Origin: Candidatus Sulfomarinibacteraceae bacterium
Lineage (GTDB): Bacteria > Acidobacteriota > Thermoanaerobaculia > Thermoanaerobaculales > Sulfomarinibacteraceae
Length of the DNA: 64,000 nucleotides
Direction: 5' to 3'
Assembly: GCA_963714885.1 (NCBI GenBank)
Contig: CAVQQV010000034.1
Span: 8,702-72,701 of the forward strand
A program made the position numbers and the translations under genes. The notes beneath the pieces were generated by a model. The model had not been told where the DNA came from, did no database searches, and saw only the letters and a list, made by a program, of their open reading frames with translations. This document shows, in pieces, positions 1 through 7,857 of the stretch (its first letter is position 1; every line of letters starts with the position of its first letter).

Positions 1-558
1 GCCGCGGTCCGGCCTGACAATCCGGTACAGAATGGTGCCGTCTTGTTTTTGAGCGCGGTGTTTTTTGCCTATTTGATCTGGAAAATTTTGAGAGATATCT
101 CGACCGGAGATCGCACAACGGTCGAGAGGGTTTTCGGCGCGCTGTGCGCCTATATCTTCATCGGTGTTTTGTTCGCGCTGTTGTATGCCTACCTGGAGTA
201 CCGCGATCCGGCCGTGGCCGCATTTACGGTCTCGAACGAGGCGATCATCCAGTCGGCCGCCAGCGAGACCAGCCTGCTGCCGATCTTCACCTATTACAGC
301 TTCGTCACCCTGACGACTCTCGGCTACGGCGACATCACTCCGGTTGCCGACGCGGCCCGCACCCTGGCCTGGATGGAGGCCCTCATCGGCCAGCTCTTCC
401 TGGCGGTCTTGGTGGCGGGATTCGTGGCGGACCACATATCGAAGGGCTCGAGGGCAGCTCATCGCGAGACGGGTCGCCCGACGGAGGACGAGAGCCCGGC
501 TCGGGGTGAGGGTGTACGTTCCCTTCGGAGGATCACTGGTCACTCCAGCACTCCCTGA
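1..558 (+). CDS. Pore-loop potassium channel (Ion_trans_2 type), possibly 5'-truncated by the window edge
   Basis: Track ORF 43..558 carries the K+ selectivity filter TTLGYGD. It lies between hydrophobic helices (VFGALCAYIFIGVLFALLYAYL and LIGQLFLAVLVAGFVA). The frame stays open back to nt 1, so the start is either TTG 43 or upstream of the window. Confidence 0.8.
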   Translation, partial: AAVRPDNPVQNGAVLFLSAVFFAYLIWKILRDISTGDRTTVERVFGALCAYIFIGVLFALLYAYLEYRDPAVAAFTVSNEAIIQSAASETSLLPIFTYYSFVTLTTLGYGDITPVADAARTLAWMEALIGQLFLAVLVAGFVADHISKGSRAAHRETGRPTEDESPARGEGVRSLRRITGHSSTP

Positions 559-593
559 AAGCGTCGAGGACGGTCCTGGCGCATTCGACGGGA

Positions 594-1785
594 TCACCCC
601 CTGTGCTCGTTTTCCGGCGTCGGCGTACGGCCCAGGTACCGGTCGATGAAAGTCGCCGGCCGGCGACCAGATGGTCTGCATGATCCCGGCAAAGCGTTCG
701 ACCTCATTTCGGGCGTTGAGGTCCGTCTCCACCGCAACATGTCGTCGATTTGAGTGGTGGCGACGTCGCCGAGCTTCCACGGGCAGGTGACCACCTTGAA
801 ACCCTTGGCCGCGAAAGTACGGCGCTGTGGGATCGGCGCGTTCGTAGTGCCAGTCGTTGATCACCACGTCCTTCGGGATGAGATCGATGGCGCGGTGGGT
901 CCGGTTCATGCTGGCTTCCCATTCGCCGATGCCCGTGGTCTTGCCGTCGATGAGCCGGTCACCCCAGATCCAGAGCTCGACCCCCGACCGCGCCAGATGG
1001 TTGCGAATCAGGGTGACCTCACCGGCGAAGAGCTCGGCCGGGTCCCGCCCGCCGCAACGTGGGCAACGGTCCATCGCGATATAAAAGACCTCGTCCATAC
1101 CGGCGTGGAAGGCGTCGGCCTCGAAGATGTCGACGATCTCGTCCACCAGCGCGAACACCACCTCGTGAACCTTCGGGTGGAGCGGGCAGTAGCTCTTGCA
1201 GTAGAGGTCGTCGTCGTTCGGCCACCCGTAGGTCTCGGGGAGTTCGATCCACGGGGTCTCGTCGAACTCGGGGTACTCCTCCAAAAGCTTGACGGCTTTT
1301 GTTTCCCACGATTGGTGGCCGAGCAGGTTGATCTGCGGAACCACGCGGATGCCGCCCCGACGGCAGGCCTTTCTGATTTTCCGCATGTCTTTCCGGCTCA
1401 GCGCCTCGTCATCGCGGAGCTCGGGGTGGGAGCGGTACTCGAAGTTGTAGTCCACCCGCAGGACCAGCGTGTTGACCCCGCTGGGAACCAGCACGTGGTC
1501 GATGAAATCGATGAAGTCGTCCATGCGGTCCGGTGCGGGAGCGCCGATGGCGAAACCGCGGACTGGCAATGTGTTTTCGCTCGTGGCAGTTTGGTCTGCG
1601 GAGGCCGGCGCCACCGGCCCGGCCGCGACTGTCACTGCGACCATGACCGCAGGGAAGAGCTGACCGATGAGGGCTGCCATCCAGGCCAGGGTGCGGGCCG
1701 CCACCTTGCGAACCGGTTCGGTCTGGAGGTCGAGCAACCGGGCAATGGCGGCTGGTTGTTCGTGGATCTCATCATGCAGGCTCAT
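594..1785 (-). pseudogene. GH20-like TIM-barrel glycosidase (beta-N-acetylhexosaminidase-like), frame-disrupted near the 3' end
   Basis: My manual reverse-complement translation from ATG 1785 reads MSLHDEIHEQ...AALIGQLFPAVMVAVTVAAGPVAPASA (signal/TM). It continues RGFAIGAPAPDRMDDFIDFIDHVLVPSGVNTLVLRVDYNFEY...VVPQINLLGHQSWE...ADAFHAGMDEVF (GH20-type H-x-G-x-DE)...INDWHYERADPTAPYF. The frame is codon-registered antisense to track ORF 754..1812. It is absent from the track because it meets no stop before nt 1. The only stop compatible with the convergent channel gene is in another frame (track ORF 594..794: ...AAKGFKVVTCPWKLGDVATTQIDDML...IDRYLGRTPTPENEHRG*). At least 1 frame change is therefore required, and probably 3 (about nt 813, 730, 648). 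Confidence 0.6.
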
Positions 1786-2132
1786 TGGCGACTCCTGAGA
1801 TCGATACCGTGAAGCAACGAGAGAAATTTCTTCTTGCGCACATCGTGATTCGAGTATACTTCCAAAGAATAGCGAAGGGGTTACATACCGATGGAGCAGC
1901 GCCCGCGCAGTGCGTTCCGCCCTCGTGCGACCCACCGTAGACTATCGGTGGGCGGCTTCCCTCCGTTTTTCACCTCCCTCCCGCCAACGACGCTTTCACC
2001 TTCTTCCGTCAGACATCAATGGATTCACCGATGTCGGAGCCTCGAGGCCCGGCCATTTTTTTGTCCGGTGTCGCCCCCGGGCGCGCAGGGTGACATCGAA
2101 TTTCTGAGGGCTTGAATGGAAGGGAGGATTCA

Positions 2133-5100
2133 ATGATTCGAAGTACCGTTCGTTGGTCCGGGGTTTTGGTCCTGGGCGTTGTATTGCTTGTCGGCGTGAG
2201 CCCGGCGTGGCCGCAATCGGTCAGCAAAGGCACGGTGACGGGCGTCGTGGTCCTGCCCGACGGGACGCCCGGCGCGGGCGCCACAGTTTCCCTCGAAAGC
2301 CCGGCCCTCATGTCGGGAAGGTTGGCGTCAGTGGCGGATGCCGAAGGAAGGGTCGTATTCCTCAGTGTGCCGCGGGGCACATATTTGGTGGTCGCGAGTC
2401 TGGCGGGCTTCAACAGTTCCAGCTTCGAAGACGTCGTCATCAGCGCCGGGGCCACCGTGCCCTTGACCTTCAACCTCGAGATGGCGGCGGCCGAGGGCGA
2501 GATCGTCGTTACCTCCATAGCGCCGATCGTGGATACGAGATCGTCGACCATCGACACCACCTTCGACCCTGAGATGCTCAAAGCACTCCCGACGTCGCGG
2601 GATTCCTTCTACGACCTGACCCTGACTGCACCGGGGATGTCGGCGGTGGGCGCCGACGGGTCGTGGCTGCCGAGTCCCTCCGCCTATGGCAGCGCGGCCA
2701 ACGAGAATATCTTTCTGGTCAACGGCGTCAATACAACCAATCCGCGCGGCGCGCCGTGGGGTTCGTTAGTGCAGGTGAACTATGACACGGTGCAGGAAGT
2801 GCAGGTCCTGTCGCTCGGGTCGCAGGCCGAGTACGGCTCATTCTCGGGTGCTGCGATCGACGTGATGACACGATCGGGCAGCAATGAGTTTCACGGTTCG
2901 GGCGGCTACTACACTCAATTGGGTGACGCCGGCGACAACTCCACGACCAACTTTGACGCGGATTGGCTGTGGGCCAACCCCGACGATGAGTTGATGACGA
3001 TACCGGTCAACAACAAAGAAATCGCCGTGACCCTCGGCGGTCCGATCGTCAAGGACATGCTGTGGTTCTTTGCCGGGTACGACCGGCGCGATTCTGAAAC
3101 CGATGAGCCCCTTCGTCCATTGAACACCATTTATGAGGCCGACATCTTCGATCTCAAGCTGACCGCTCAGTTCGCGAACGCCCACCGGGCGTGGCTCGGT
3201 TTTCACTACGAAGACAATTTCGCCGGCAATGGAACGTGGGGGCCGTTCGACGAGAACATGATCTACGACACACCTTCGGACAACAATACACTGCAGGCCG
3301 AGTACCAGTGGGTGATTTCCGACCACAACCTCTTTGGTTTTAAATACCTCGGATTCAGAACCGATCAGAACCCGACCATTCCCGAGAATGTCGGGTACCC
3401 GGGCTACATCAACTGGTGGAAGTGGATCGGCGGACGGGCGGTCGGCGTCGCCGGTGATTTCCCCTACATCGAGGCGCAGAAGTCGAGTCGTGACACCTAT
3501 CAGGCGGATTTCACCCACTACGCCGAAAACTGGGCAGGCCAACACGAGCTCAAGTTCGGCGTTCAGTACACCACCGCCAACGGTGACTGGATGGGCGGCT
3601 ACTTCCAGAACGCCGCCAATTTCGCCTACCCCTACGGCTGGGGCTATAGCCGCGAGTACATGAACAACGCATGGTGGTCCTGCGACTACACGTGGTGCGT
3701 GGCGCCGAACGACACAGTTGCTTTTTACAACATCGAGTACGTCCGCAATCCGTGGCTCAATGTTCGGGAGGCCGACTCGCTGGGCGCCTTCGTCGACGAT
3801 CAGTGGGTGATCTCGGATCGGATGACCCTCAACATCGGCCTGCGCTACGACAATATGACGGCCGGCTACGGACAGGGCGCGGTCTACGAGTTCCTCGATT
3901 CGCCGTCGGACGCCAGTAATCCGACTGTTCTCCGCACCACCCAGGGCTTCGATGTTTACGATTTCAAAACCTGGTCGCCCCGTATCGGTTTCGCCTGGAC
4001 CCTGACCGGCGACGGCAAGACAGTTCTGCGATCGCACATCGGCCGCTATTTTGCTCCGCTGGGCGTCGAGGCCTTGCGGCGCTTCGGACCGGACATGGGG
4101 ACGTACACCCGGAATGAGTGGATCTACTGGTTCCCGTATGGCGATGTCGACCAGAATGGCAATAACTTTATCGACCCCAACGAGGTCGTGTGGGCGACCT
4201 CACAGCTGCCCCACATGGAACCGGCGTACCTACGGTCAAGCAGCGCCGAGCCGGCGTCGTGGAGACTCGAGGTCGAACCAGGCACGACCAGCCCCTACAC
4301 AGACCAGTTCAACATCTCGATCCAGCGCCAGTTGGGCAATGACCTGGCCGTGGAACTCAGCTACATCTATAAGAAAACGAAGGATTTTCTGGTCCTCACA
4401 CCGTACAACCTCTCGACCGGCGAGTACTTCGAGTGGGAGACGCGGCCCTACACAACCTGGACGGGGTACGAAACCCAGATCTGGACGGTCGTGATCGAAG
4501 ACTTCAACGGCGACGGAGTGATCGACGGCACCGACGCGGGCTATCCGTCCAGCGACGCCACCCGGGGGTGGAGAGCGGAAAACCTCGAGACCTTTGCCGG
4601 GAACGATGTTGACCGTACCTACCAGGGTGTGCAACTCGTGCTGACCAAGCGCTTTTCGAACCGTTGGCAGGGGAACTTCTCCATCAATTACACCAACACC
4701 GACGGGTTCTTCCCCAGGCCGGTCGATCAGAACTGGTACATCGACGGCCCGCTGACCATGGACACGCCGTTCGGCAGCACGCCGAATCACTTCCAGAACA
4801 ACGTCAGCGGACCGGCCCTGATGACCCCTGAGTGGATGGCCAAGCTCGCCGGCAGCTACACCATTCCGGTGGTCGAGACCGATTTCGGCTTCCGTGTCCG
4901 CTATGACTCGGGGCGGCCGATCTTCGCGATCGACAACAACCTCGGTCCCTTCTATCAATCATGGATGGGGGCGTATGACCCGGACGCCGTTCTGACGAGT
5001 TCGGGCTGGCACAATATGATGGTTGCCGAGGACCCGAACAACCCCGATTGGATGCCCTCGACCACCATCGTCGACCTCAATCTGCGCAAACGGTTCGGCG

Positions 5101-5258
5101 TCGGCAGAGGGATGGGCTTCACCGCCTCCCTCGATGCGCTCAATGTGTTCAACGAGGGCGCTCCGAACCGGGTCGGCTACACGGGGGCGGACTACGGTCA
5201 GGTCAATTCCCTCGTGACGCCGCGGATTTTCCGCCTCGGTGTGAAGTTCGACTTCTAA
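2133..5258 (+). CDS. TonB-dependent outer-membrane receptor with N-terminal carboxypeptidase-regulatory-like domain
   Basis: ATG 2133 is preceded by GGGAGG. Signal peptide VLVLGVVLLVGVSPAWPQ. N-terminal beta-sandwich GTVTGVVVLPDGTPGAGATVSL...GRVVFLSVPRGTYLV. Plug-like segment IVVTS..VDTRSST..LPTSRD..NIFLVNGVNTTNP. About 800 aa of barrel end in the aromatic terminus RLGVKFDF. Confidence 0.85.
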   Translation: MIRSTVRWSGVLVLGVVLLVGVSPAWPQSVSKGTVTGVVVLPDGTPGAGATVSLESPALMSGRLASVADAEGRVVFLSVPRGTYLVVASLAGFNSSSFEDVVISAGATVPLTFNLEMAAAEGEIVVTSIAPIVDTRSSTIDTTFDPEMLKALPTSRDSFYDLTLTAPGMSAVGADGSWLPSPSAYGSAANENIFLVNGVNTTNPRGAPWGSLVQVNYDTVQEVQVLSLGSQAEYGSFSGAAIDVMTRSGSNEFHGSGGYYTQLGDAGDNSTTNFDADWLWANPDDELMTIPVNNKEIAVTLGGPIVKDMLWFFAGYDRRDSETDEPLRPLNTIYEADIFDLKLTAQFANAHRAWLGFHYEDNFAGNGTWGPFDENMIYDTPSDNNTLQAEYQWVISDHNLFGFKYLGFRTDQNPTIPENVGYPGYINWWKWIGGRAVGVAGDFPYIEAQKSSRDTYQADFTHYAENWAGQHELKFGVQYTTANGDWMGGYFQNAANFAYPYGWGYSREYMNNAWWSCDYTWCVAPNDTVAFYNIEYVRNPWLNVREADSLGAFVDDQWVISDRMTLNIGLRYDNMTAGYGQGAVYEFLDSPSDASNPTVLRTTQGFDVYDFKTWSPRIGFAWTLTGDGKTVLRSHIGRYFAPLGVEALRRFGPDMGTYTRNEWIYWFPYGDVDQNGNNFIDPNEVVWATSQLPHMEPAYLRSSSAEPASWRLEVEPGTTSPYTDQFNISIQRQLGNDLAVELSYIYKKTKDFLVLTPYNLSTGEYFEWETRPYTTWTGYETQIWTVVIEDFNGDGVIDGTDAGYPSSDATRGWRAENLETFAGNDVDRTYQGVQLVLTKRFSNRWQGNFSINYTNTDGFFPRPVDQNWYIDGPLTMDTPFGSTPNHFQNNVSGPALMTPEWMAKLAGSYTIPVVETDFGFRVRYDSGRPIFAIDNNLGPFYQSWMGAYDPDAVLTSSGWHNMMVAEDPNNPDWMPSTTIVDLNLRKRFGVGRGMGFTASLDALNVFNEGAPNRVGYTGADYGQVNSLVTPRIFRLGVKFDF

Positions 5259-5285
5259 CCGTCTCCAGGGGCGTTGCTATCATCC

Positions 5286-5314
5286 GGAGGGCCCGCTGCG
5301 GGCCCTCCATTTTT
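5286..5314 (+). terminator. Rho-independent terminator after the TonB-dependent receptor gene
   Basis: Perfect 9-bp GC-rich stem: ggagggccc (5286-5294) and gggccctcc (5300-5308). Loop is gctgc, followed by aTTTTT (5309-5314). It lies 28 nt after the stop at 5258. Confidence 0.75.
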
Positions 5315-5475
5315 GGAATCTGCGGCCATTCCCGAGCACGGACGCGGCTGAGGGAAAACAAGTCGAGAGTCAAGGGACGGACAGAGTGGGCTGAACTCTT
5401 CACCCTGGGCCCTTCATATTTGATCCGCGAAAGGAAGCGAATTCCTTGCGACGATGAAAGGGGTTGGATGTTTCA

Positions 5476-7809
5476 ATGAACGTGAAACGCGTCGCCGGGG
5501 TGGTCGGTCTCGCAATCGTTGTCGTGATGGCGATTGTGTTGGGCCGCGGCGGCAAGATCTCAGCTCCGACGGCCGGCCTCGGAGCAGGGAATCTCGACCT
5601 CACCGGCGCCAACGTCGTTTTGATCACGCTCGACACCACTCGTGCCGATCGCATCGGCGCCTACGGATATGAGGCGGCAGAAACTCCGCGGTTGGATGGG
5701 TTGGCGTCAGAGGGTGTGCTCTTCGAGCAGGCTGTGACCCCGACGGCCTTCACCTTGCCTTCGCACTCGTCGATCATGACCGGACTGTACCCGCCCTTTC
5801 ACGGAGTGCGGCTCAACGGCGGCGCGGCACTCGCCGACGGCCAGACGACTCTTGCCGAGAGGCTCGCGGCGTCGGGCTACCGCTGCGGGGCGTTTGTCGG
5901 CGCTTTCGTGATCGACCAGCGTTGGGGGCTGAGTCAGGGCTTCGAGCACTACGACGACGACTTTGAAATGGCGCCCGACCAGCGCCTCGATCTGGCCGGC
6001 GTGCAACGGCCTGCCGACCGGGTGGTCGACCTGGGGATCGACTGGTTGGAGGCGGGGGACGGGCGGCCGTTTTTCGCGTGGCTCCACCTTTACGACCCTC
6101 ATATCCCGTACGAGCCGCCGGAGCCGTACCGATCCCGGTTCGGCGGGCGGGGCAAGAGCGGACTCTACGACGGCGAGATCGCCTTTGCCGACTCGCAGGT
6201 GGGGCGGATCCTCGACTGGCTCGAGGCGGAGGGCGTGGCGGACAACACGATCGTGGTGGTGATCGGCGACCACGGGGAGAGCCTGGGCGACCACGGCGAG
6301 AAGGAGCACGGTTACTACATCTACGATGCCACTGTGAAGGTCCCGTTGATCGTCAGGGTGCCGGGGGCCGTCCTCGCAGATGTTCGCGTGCCCGTGCAGG
6401 TGCGGACCATCGATGTCCTGCCCACGGTCCTCGACCTGGTTGGCGTCGAGACGCCGGATCCGATCCACGGCGAGTCGCTGGTGCCGTTGATGCTCGAACC
6501 AGGCGCTGGCGAAGCGCGATACGCGTACTCGGAGTCGATGTCGGTCCATCTCCAGTACGGCTGGAGCGCGCTCTACAGCGTGCGGACGTCCACCCACAAG
6601 TTCATCGAGGCGCCACGGGCCGAGCTTTACGAGCTCTCGCAGGATCCAACCGAGTCCGAAAACCTCATTCGGCGAGAACCGGAGGTCGCCGAGGGTCTGC
6701 GGAGCACGCTGACCGCTCTTCGGGAGGAGATCGAGGCCGGGGCTCCCGAAATCCAGGAGGCCGATCTTGATGAGGAAACCCTGGGCATGCTCGCAGCGCT
6801 GGGGTACGTCGGCGGCGCCACCGCGGCTCCCGAAGGTGGAGACCTGGCCGATCCCAAGGACAAGCTCCACCTCTTCGAGTCGGTCGGCTTCGCGTCCAGC
6901 CTGATGATAGAGGACGACTACGAAGAGGCCGTCAAGGTCCTGGAGATCGTCCTCGACGACGATCCTGAGATCCCGCAGGCCATGCTGATGTTGGCCAGCG
7001 CCTATCGGGAAACCGGACGCACCGCAGAGGCCAAGGAACTGCTCGACGACTACCTGCGTGATCACCCGGACAGCACCCGGGCGTTGATCACGATGGCGGG
7101 CATTCTTTCCGATGAGGGGAAGACCGAGGAAGTCCTGGCCCTCGCCAAACGGGCGCTGGCGGAGGATGACCGCAACACCGAGGCGTACGCGCTGATGGCC
7201 GGGGTTTACATGAACGCCAACGATCACATGGGGGCGTTGGCGCTGCTCGAAAAGGCGGTCGAGATCCAGCCCAAGCTGACCCGTAACCGCCTCAATCTGG
7301 CGGCGGCCAACGTCGGTCTCGGACGGTTTGCCGAGGCGGAAACCCTCCTCGGTGACATTGTTGTCGAGAAGCCGGAATTCCCGCTCGCTCACTACCACCT
7401 CGGGCTGCTTTACGAGGAGCAGGGCCGGCTGGCGGAGGCGAGCGCCGCCTATGCCAGGGAGCTGGAGTTGTATCCGAGCTCCGTGGTGTCGAGGTTCAAC
7501 CTCGGTGAGCTGATGTTCCGACTTGGAGATTACGAAGCGGCGGAAGCCGAGATGCGGGTCCTGATCGAAGAATCGCCCGATCTGCCCCGTCCCTATCTCT
7601 CCCTCGCCCGCGTCTTCTTGAAGCAGGAAAAAGAGCTGGACGAGGTCGAGCGCCTCGCCCGCGCCGGTCTCGAACGGACCGATGAAGACGAGCTCAAGGT
7701 GCTCGGTTACTACCTGCTGGCCGACGTCTACTCGCGGCAGGGCCGGCAGGCGGAGCTCGAGCGGGTGTTGGAGAAGGCCCAGTACCATCGCTCGCGGATT
7801 GGAAGATGA
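5476..7809 (+). CDS. Sulfatase-fold (alkaline-phosphatase superfamily) membrane-anchored protein with C-terminal TPR repeats
   Basis: ATG 5476 (MNVKRVAGVVGLAIVVVMAIVL anchor). Metal-site motif VVLITLDTTRADRIGAYGY. Nucleophile region FTLPSHSSIMTGLYPPFHG has Thr and His where formylglycine sulfatases have C/S-x-P-x-R. Also VVVIGDHGESLGDHGEKEHGYYIYD. The last ~330 aa are TPR-like (AYRETGRTAEAKELL, HYHLGLLYEEQGRLAEA). Confidence 0.8.
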   Translation: MNVKRVAGVVGLAIVVVMAIVLGRGGKISAPTAGLGAGNLDLTGANVVLITLDTTRADRIGAYGYEAAETPRLDGLASEGVLFEQAVTPTAFTLPSHSSIMTGLYPPFHGVRLNGGAALADGQTTLAERLAASGYRCGAFVGAFVIDQRWGLSQGFEHYDDDFEMAPDQRLDLAGVQRPADRVVDLGIDWLEAGDGRPFFAWLHLYDPHIPYEPPEPYRSRFGGRGKSGLYDGEIAFADSQVGRILDWLEAEGVADNTIVVVIGDHGESLGDHGEKEHGYYIYDATVKVPLIVRVPGAVLADVRVPVQVRTIDVLPTVLDLVGVETPDPIHGESLVPLMLEPGAGEARYAYSESMSVHLQYGWSALYSVRTSTHKFIEAPRAELYELSQDPTESENLIRREPEVAEGLRSTLTALREEIEAGAPEIQEADLDEETLGMLAALGYVGGATAAPEGGDLADPKDKLHLFESVGFASSLMIEDDYEEAVKVLEIVLDDDPEIPQAMLMLASAYRETGRTAEAKELLDDYLRDHPDSTRALITMAGILSDEGKTEEVLALAKRALAEDDRNTEAYALMAGVYMNANDHMGALALLEKAVEIQPKLTRNRLNLAAANVGLGRFAEAETLLGDIVVEKPEFPLAHYHLGLLYEEQGRLAEASAAYARELELYPSSVVSRFNLGELMFRLGDYEAAEAEMRVLIEESPDLPRPYLSLARVFLKQEKELDEVERLARAGLERTDEDELKVLGYYLLADVYSRQGRQAELERVLEKAQYHRSRIGR

Positions 7810-7857
7810 GAGCCGAAGGGTTCTGTATTGCATCGACCTCGAGAGAAGGAGGATCAC

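Noticed and set aside
754-1812. 352-aa + strand ORF
   Set aside because: It is the antisense shadow of the GH20-like gene read on the minus strand (see feature 594..1785). It has no motifs and a V/D/H/R-rich composition.
1931-1952. Hairpin cccaccg-N8-cggtggg upstream of the TonB-dependent receptor gene, as a possible terminator or riboswitch
   Set aside because: It has only a 7-bp stem and no adjacent U-tract. It is not downstream of any gene on either strand, and I could recognise no riboswitch consensus.
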